A DNA stretch of 52,322 bases from Nanobdellati archaeon (GTDB taxonomy: Archaea > EX4484-52 > WAPT01), in the NCBI GenBank assembly GCA_015520605.1, contig WAPT01000016.1, positions 1 to 52,322 of the forward strand, written 5' to 3'. The notes under the pieces are model-generated. The model had not been told where the DNA came from, did no database searches, and saw only the letters and a list, made by a program, of their open reading frames with translations. The translations under genes were made by a program, and so were the position numbers. Every line of letters starts with the position of its first letter. The first letter of the stretch is position 1. This document shows positions 47,682 to 52,322 of the stretch, one piece after another.

Positions 47682-49166
47682 ATGATGAAAGAAGAATACA
47701 AATTACCTATTTATCTGCAAGGAAAATTGGAGGAAAGCGATACCACCCATCTTATCGCGGAGCTGGATGGAAGAAAAGTTATTTCATGTATACCCTCTCC
47801 AGAAGATGTTTATAATGCAGTTCTTCGTTTAAAAGATGTGTCAAGAACTCTGGAAGACAGATACACTATACGTGAACTTGCAGAGATATTAGATGGTGCG
47901 AGAGATGCTTTCTTTGGCACCGACAGGTATGCAGATACAGTTTCGATACTCGAGATAACAACAGGCAGATCTCGAGAAGTTGTTAAAGAAGATCTTAACA
48001 AACTAGAGGAGTTTATGGATAAACACTACCTCCAGGCAATGATTAAAGATGCTGAGGGAGGATACAGAGGTATATTTGATAGACCTGTCTCCAAAATAAT
48101 GGATCTTGTCTATAAACGACGAAAACCATTAGGGGTTGTGTTTCATCATCTTGCAGGGAACTCGCCCATGGTCACAACTAGTGTGGTCATTGGAGTTTTA
48201 ACCAAAAATGCCAACCTCGTAAAGACAGGTAGCGGGGATCCTGCGACTAGTGTTTATTTGGCCGATGCGATAAATGATGTGGATGAAAAAGTAGGCGAAA
48301 CGATTGCTGTGTTTTATTGGCCTGCAACGATCGATGGTGAATTAAATGAGATATATTACAGAATATTTCCAGAAACTCCAGCAGAGGTTTTGATAGACGG
48401 CGTTGCCTGTTGGGGTGGTGAAACTTCAATAAACACAATAAAGAAATTAGCAAACGCATCCGGAGTCAAGATAATAGAGCACGGGCCAAAATACAGTATT
48501 GACATAATGTTTGATGTTCCAGCTGAAGATTCTATTTACAGAAATTTACTTAGAGATTCTATCGTGTCCCATGACCAAAACGCATGTATAAGCACCAGAG
48601 TCATCTTCGTCAAGGGTGATGGTAAAAAGGTGGCTGAGAATATAGCCCGTTATTTTGAGAAGATAAAAGAGGAGTACCCAAACACCTCCTCAACAGTAGG
48701 AGAAGTCATAGGGAAAAGGATAGTTTATTTGAAAAGAGAAGGTGCAAAAATATACACACCTCCAAAGAACAGTCCAGATTGGACAGTGGTCTATTTACCT
48801 AAAAATACAGAATTAACCCTAAATGATATTGACGCTTGTATGAACAGGTTTCTTGTAGTTAAGGAAATAGAGTCTTTGGATGATATAAGTGAGTTTATAA
48901 GAAGAAATAATCTGGAAAGATATATGCAAGTAGCAGGGATTTATCCAGATACCTATCTTTCAAATCCTGAGGTTACCGAAAGACTCTGGAATTTGGGTTT
49001 TTCGAAACTATCTAAGATAGGCGAGCATCAGATTTTCTATCCAGGGGCATCCCATGACGATGTTGTTCCTTTGCTGGAATTCACACGATATGTAACCGCA
49101 GATAAACATAACCTAGTAACGAAAACGCTTAAGAGACTATATGGATTGGTATCAAGAAACAGATAA
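47682..49166 (+). CDS. luxC: LuxC-like acyl-CoA/acyl-protein reductase
   Basis: PLGVVFHHLAGNSP, TKNANLVK, FYWP, CWGG, EHGPKYS, HDQNACISTR (catalytic Cys), GASHD..PL..FTRYV. Confidence 0.85.
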   Translation: MMKEEYKLPIYLQGKLEESDTTHLIAELDGRKVISCIPSPEDVYNAVLRLKDVSRTLEDRYTIRELAEILDGARDAFFGTDRYADTVSILEITTGRSREVVKEDLNKLEEFMDKHYLQAMIKDAEGGYRGIFDRPVSKIMDLVYKRRKPLGVVFHHLAGNSPMVTTSVVIGVLTKNANLVKTGSGDPATSVYLADAINDVDEKVGETIAVFYWPATIDGELNEIYYRIFPETPAEVLIDGVACWGGETSINTIKKLANASGVKIIEHGPKYSIDIMFDVPAEDSIYRNLLRDSIVSHDQNACISTRVIFVKGDGKKVAENIARYFEKIKEEYPNTSSTVGEVIGKRIVYLKREGAKIYTPPKNSPDWTVVYLPKNTELTLNDIDACMNRFLVVKEIESLDDISEFIRRNNLERYMQVAGIYPDTYLSNPEVTERLWNLGFSKLSKIGEHQIFYPGASHDDVVPLLEFTRYVTADKHNLVTKTLKRLYGLVSRNR

Positions 49167-49580
49167 AATCAGGATTATAGTACATGATTGATACCACAAC
49201 CAACAAAACTTCTCAACAATCCCGATTTTCTGTTCTAATCACATGTGTTGAGTAAATAACCACCTCCATAACGGCATAAATCTTATTCTCCTACCATCCA
49301 TTCTCTACCTGTTCTCACAACCTCAAGTTAACATCATCAAATCTCTCCATTTCAAAACATGTAATCCATAAAATCACACAAGATCTATCTATTCAAAAAA
49401 CAAAACCCGGCAATCATAAAAGCAACTTATCAGCGCTTCCGAATGAAAAATACTTGGCATTCTTAGGATAGCTATATTCTGTTAAAAAAGACGAATATCA
49501 CGTCTGAGCTTTTAGAAGCTTCTTCTTTTACTTTCGCGATTACCTCTCCAAGTAAACAGTTACAAAATTACTTGAAGGGA

Positions 49581-49714
49581 TGGTGGGGGCGCAGGGAATC
49601 GAACCCTGGTCAGTGGGTGTCCCCTCAAAAGCACACCCACGTGCTAATCATCCTTGCGTCATCGCTCCAGACTCCGATCTGGAGCCCACCGTGATACCAC
49701 TACACCACGCCCCC
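49581..49714 (-). tRNA. tRNA-Trp(CCA) with 60-nt intron at 37/38 (intron 49619..49678)
   Basis: GGGGGCG/CGCCCCC-ACCA acceptor stem; GTGGG-CTCCAG|intron|A-CCCAC; bulge-helix-bulge (AGA / CTCC:GGGG / ACA); GGTTCGATTCC T-arm. Confidence 0.95.
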
Positions 49715-49809
49715 ACCAGAACAACGATTTTATTTATTCTGATGGAGGTTTTTAAAGTTTAGCGAAAGTTGTAGAAACACGTTTAAAAGTTAAGTCCACT
49801 TTTTCTTTC

Positions 49810-50145
49810 ATGCCACTGACCTTTAATGAGTACCAGAAAGAGAGTAGAAAGACGGCAGTTTACCCAAACGCTGGCAGTAACTTCATTTATCCTGCTCTCG
49901 GGCTTGGAGGAGAAGCAGGAGAAGTTCTGGAAAAAATAAAGAGGATAATAAGGGATAAAAACGGTGTTGTTGATGATGAGATGAAGGAGAAAATAGCTAA
50001 GGAGCTGGGAGATGTGCTCTGGTATGTTGCTCAGCTCTGTACAGAGCTCAATCTGAGCATGGAGGATGTTGCAAGGAAAAATCTCGAAAAACTCTTCTCC
50101 AGAAAGGAGCGGGGAGTTCTGCAAGGAGAAGGGGATGATAGATAG
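49810..50145 (+). CDS. MazG-like nucleotide pyrophosphohydrolase
   Basis: FNEYQ, YPALGLGGEAGEV.EKIK, KELGDVLWY, NLEKL..R. Confidence 0.92.
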   Translation: MPLTFNEYQKESRKTAVYPNAGSNFIYPALGLGGEAGEVLEKIKRIIRDKNGVVDDEMKEKIAKELGDVLWYVAQLCTELNLSMEDVARKNLEKLFSRKERGVLQGEGDDR

Positions 50146-50289
50146 CTAGCAAAATATTTATAAAATTATAACACCGTTATTGAAGAGCATGGAGGTAAAG
50201 GGTGGCGCTGTTTGTCCCTGATTCTGAGAATTATAAATTAGAAGTTACCGCTCTCCTTTCTGGGAAATTGTGCATAGAAGGTGATAATT

Positions 50290-51219
50290 ATGAGGATTGC
50301 TAACAATACCCTTGAACTGATAGGAAATACACCTATGGTCAAGCTGAGGGTTGAAAACGTAAAGGGAGAGATATGGGCTAAGCTTGAAGGTATGAATCCT
50401 GGAGGCTCGGTTAAGGACAGAGCAGCGCTTTATATGATAAAGGATGCTGAAAGAAAGGGCCTCATATCTAAAGATAAGATAATCGTTGAATCCACCTCGG
50501 GGAACACTGGCATAGGGTTGGCTGTGGTCGCGGCCATAAAGGGATACAGAGTTCTCGTTGCCATGCCAGAATCCGTCTCGATAGAAAGAAGAAAGATTCT
50601 TATGGCGCTTGGATGTGAGATTGTGTTAACCCCTGCAGAGAAAGGAACAGATGGTGCTTTCGAGTACGTAAAAAAGCTTGTTGAGAAAATGCCCGACAAG
50701 TTTGTGTGGCTTGATCAGTATTCAAATGAAGCCAACGTCAGAGCGCATTATGAGACCACCGCTCCAGAAATCTGGGAGCAAATGAACGGTAGCATAACCC
50801 ACCTCGTTGCCGGGATAGGGACTGGAGGCACGATAACAGGAATAGGGAGATTTCTAAAAGAAAAAAACCCGAGCATTAGGATCATAGGGGTTGAGCCCGA
50901 TGAAAATTCCGATATACAGGGGTTGAGGAATCTCAAGAAACGTTTCAAGCCATCCATTTTGGATAAAAGAATAATGGATGAGATTGTATATGTTAATGAA
51001 GAGGAAGCCCTTAAGGCAGCGAGATATCTGGCAAGAACAAACGGACTTCTTGTTGGAATGTCGAGCGGTGCGGCTTTTCATGTTGCAAGAAGAATAGCCC
51101 AAAAGGAGATTTGCAGAATAGCTGTTATATTTCCCGACATGGGATTCAAATATCTGAGCACTAGAATGTTTGATATGAAAGCTTTGCTTGGGTGTGCAAA
51201 GTATTTGGAGGAAGCTTAA
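50290..51219 (+). CDS. PLP-dependent cysteine synthase family protein (CysK/CysM)
   Basis: IGNTPMV, KLEGMNPGGSVKDR, STSGNTG, GIGTGGT, GMSSGA, FPD.G.KYLS. Confidence 0.92.
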   Translation: MRIANNTLELIGNTPMVKLRVENVKGEIWAKLEGMNPGGSVKDRAALYMIKDAERKGLISKDKIIVESTSGNTGIGLAVVAAIKGYRVLVAMPESVSIERRKILMALGCEIVLTPAEKGTDGAFEYVKKLVEKMPDKFVWLDQYSNEANVRAHYETTAPEIWEQMNGSITHLVAGIGTGGTITGIGRFLKEKNPSIRIIGVEPDENSDIQGLRNLKKRFKPSILDKRIMDEIVYVNEEEALKAARYLARTNGLLVGMSSGAAFHVARRIAQKEICRIAVIFPDMGFKYLSTRMFDMKALLGCAKYLEEA

Positions 51220-51252
51220 AAATATATAGGTTTGCTGCCATCATTCAGATGT

Positions 51253-51768
51253 ATGGAAGTTAAGGATGCCATTTTTGGAAGGAGGAGCATAAGAAAGTAC
51301 CAGCCAAAAGATGTTGAAGATGAAAAGATACGTGAAATTCTGGAAGCTGCGATATGGGCTCCTTCCGCAGGCAATACCCAAACATGGCGTTTCTATGTTG
51401 TTAAAAACCCCGAGATAAGAGAAAAGCTCATGCGGGCTTCCTACATGCAGAAGCAAATAACCGAAGCTCCGGTTTCCATAGTTGTTACCTTTGATATGGA
51501 CGAAATGGATAAGTTTTACGGGAGAAGGGGCGTTGAGCTTTACGGTATTCAGGATACCGCGGCTGCCATTCAGAACATGCTTCTGAGGGCTTACGATCTT
51601 GGACTTGGCACCTGCTGGATAGGTGCTTTTGATGACGGGGAAGTTTCGTCCATCCTGAAAATCCCCGCTACGGAAAGGCCGGTTGCCATAATAACCGCGG
51701 GTTATCCGGCAGAAAATCCCAGCTCAACAAGAAAGCCCCTGAAAGATGTTGTCAGATTTGTTGAATGA
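51253..51768 (+). CDS. Nitroreductase family protein
   Basis: RRSIRKY, APSAGNTQTWRF, AIQNMLL.A..LGLGTCWIG, GYP. Confidence 0.93.
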   Translation: MEVKDAIFGRRSIRKYQPKDVEDEKIREILEAAIWAPSAGNTQTWRFYVVKNPEIREKLMRASYMQKQITEAPVSIVVTFDMDEMDKFYGRRGVELYGIQDTAAAIQNMLLRAYDLGLGTCWIGAFDDGEVSSILKIPATERPVAIITAGYPAENPSSTRKPLKDVVRFVE

Positions 51769-51875
51769 ATCACATGGAGAAAATGTTTAGTTTTGTTCTC
51801 AAGATACCGAGATGACAAGGTTTAAATATTTTGTCACAGCAATCTCTACTGGGACGGTCCCCGCGGTTGATAGAG

Positions 51876-52322
51876 ATGGCCCCGAAGAAACTTGGATTTA
51901 GGTTTAATGCTAAGCATATCATACTATTCTCGTTGTCCACTCTCGTTTTCAGCCTTCTCTTTTTTCTGTCACTTGCTTCAACAGCTTGGTGGAATCCCTC
52001 CTGGGAGTACGTCAGGAAAATTACCGTGACGGAAAGAAGCGGAACAGACCTGTATGAATACCAGATAAAGGTCGTGCTGGACACGGCAAGCCTCATCTCT
52101 GCAGGGAAGATGAGGAGTGATTGTGGGGACATAAGATTCATATGGCATAATCAGACTTCTGGCGAAGATTTGGAACTCCCCTATTACATGGAGGAGGGGA
52201 CGTGCAACACCACCAACACGACGGTGTGGGTGAAGGTGCCGTATATCCCTGCTGGAGGGACGACGACCGTTTACATGTATTATGGCAACCCCGCTGCAAC
52301 GAGCGAGAGCAGCATGGAAAAA
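51876..52322 (+). CDS. DUF2341 domain secreted/surface protein (partial; runs off the window)
   Basis: Signal peptide, then AWWNPSWEYVRKITV...GKMRSDCGDIRF...LPYYME..TVWVKVP.IP...VYMYYGNP.A.SES; not in the ORF track because it has no stop codon. Confidence 0.88.
   Translation, partial: MAPKKLGFRFNAKHIILFSLSTLVFSLLFFLSLASTAWWNPSWEYVRKITVTERSGTDLYEYQIKVVLDTASLISAGKMRSDCGDIRFIWHNQTSGEDLELPYYMEEGTCNTTNTTVWVKVPYIPAGGTTTVYMYYGNPAATSESSMEK

Noticed and set aside
46481-49166. Bioluminescence operon
   Set aside because: No luxA/luxB luciferase or luxD in the window; luxCE alone does not imply light production.
49580-49762. 60-aa track ORF
   Set aside because: Antisense to the intron-containing tRNA-Trp.
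51770-52141. 123-aa minus-strand track ORF
   Set aside because: Shadow of the plus-strand DUF2341 gene starting at 51876.
1-52322. CRISPR arrays, transposases, integrases, rRNA genes
   Set aside because: No repeat-spacer arrays or recognisable motifs seen by eye.

Overview
Archaeal chromosomal segment. The gene content (TFB, eS1/S3Ae, eL21, Rpo4, DUF655, Pus10, KsgA), GGAGGTG/GGTGAT Shine-Dalgarno motifs, many apparently leaderless TATA-proximal starts and DUF2341/Cys-rich surface proteins suggest a compact, probably thermophilic DPANN-type archaeon (inference). Most of the window is housekeeping: tRNA/rRNA modification (MtaB, Trm1, TtuA-like, TrmI, Pus10, KsgA), deamination repair and nucleotide sanitising (EndoV, UDG4, DUF99, RdgB, MazG), PEP synthase, an ABC exporter, MgtE and MscS. 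The standout is a ~6.4 kb accessory region between tRNA-Gly(TCC) and an intron-containing tRNA-Trp(CCA). It encodes a wHTH protein, a V4R protein, a stand-alone FIST protein and a LuxE-like/LuxC-like pair, with no luxAB or luxD in the window, and is a candidate acyl-reduction plus small-molecule-sensing system. Other notable items: several genes missed by the ORF track (a stand-alone desulforedoxin, small SD-led ORFs, a DUF2341 protein), a CTG-initiated rps3ae, an unexplained GC-rich twin-hairpin element ending in ACCA, an M23 peptidase, an orphan LigD-type primase-polymerase, a split TIM-barrel/nucleotidyltransferase pair and a 50-aa 'NAH' repeat surface protein. All product calls come from motif recognition by eye, not database searches.
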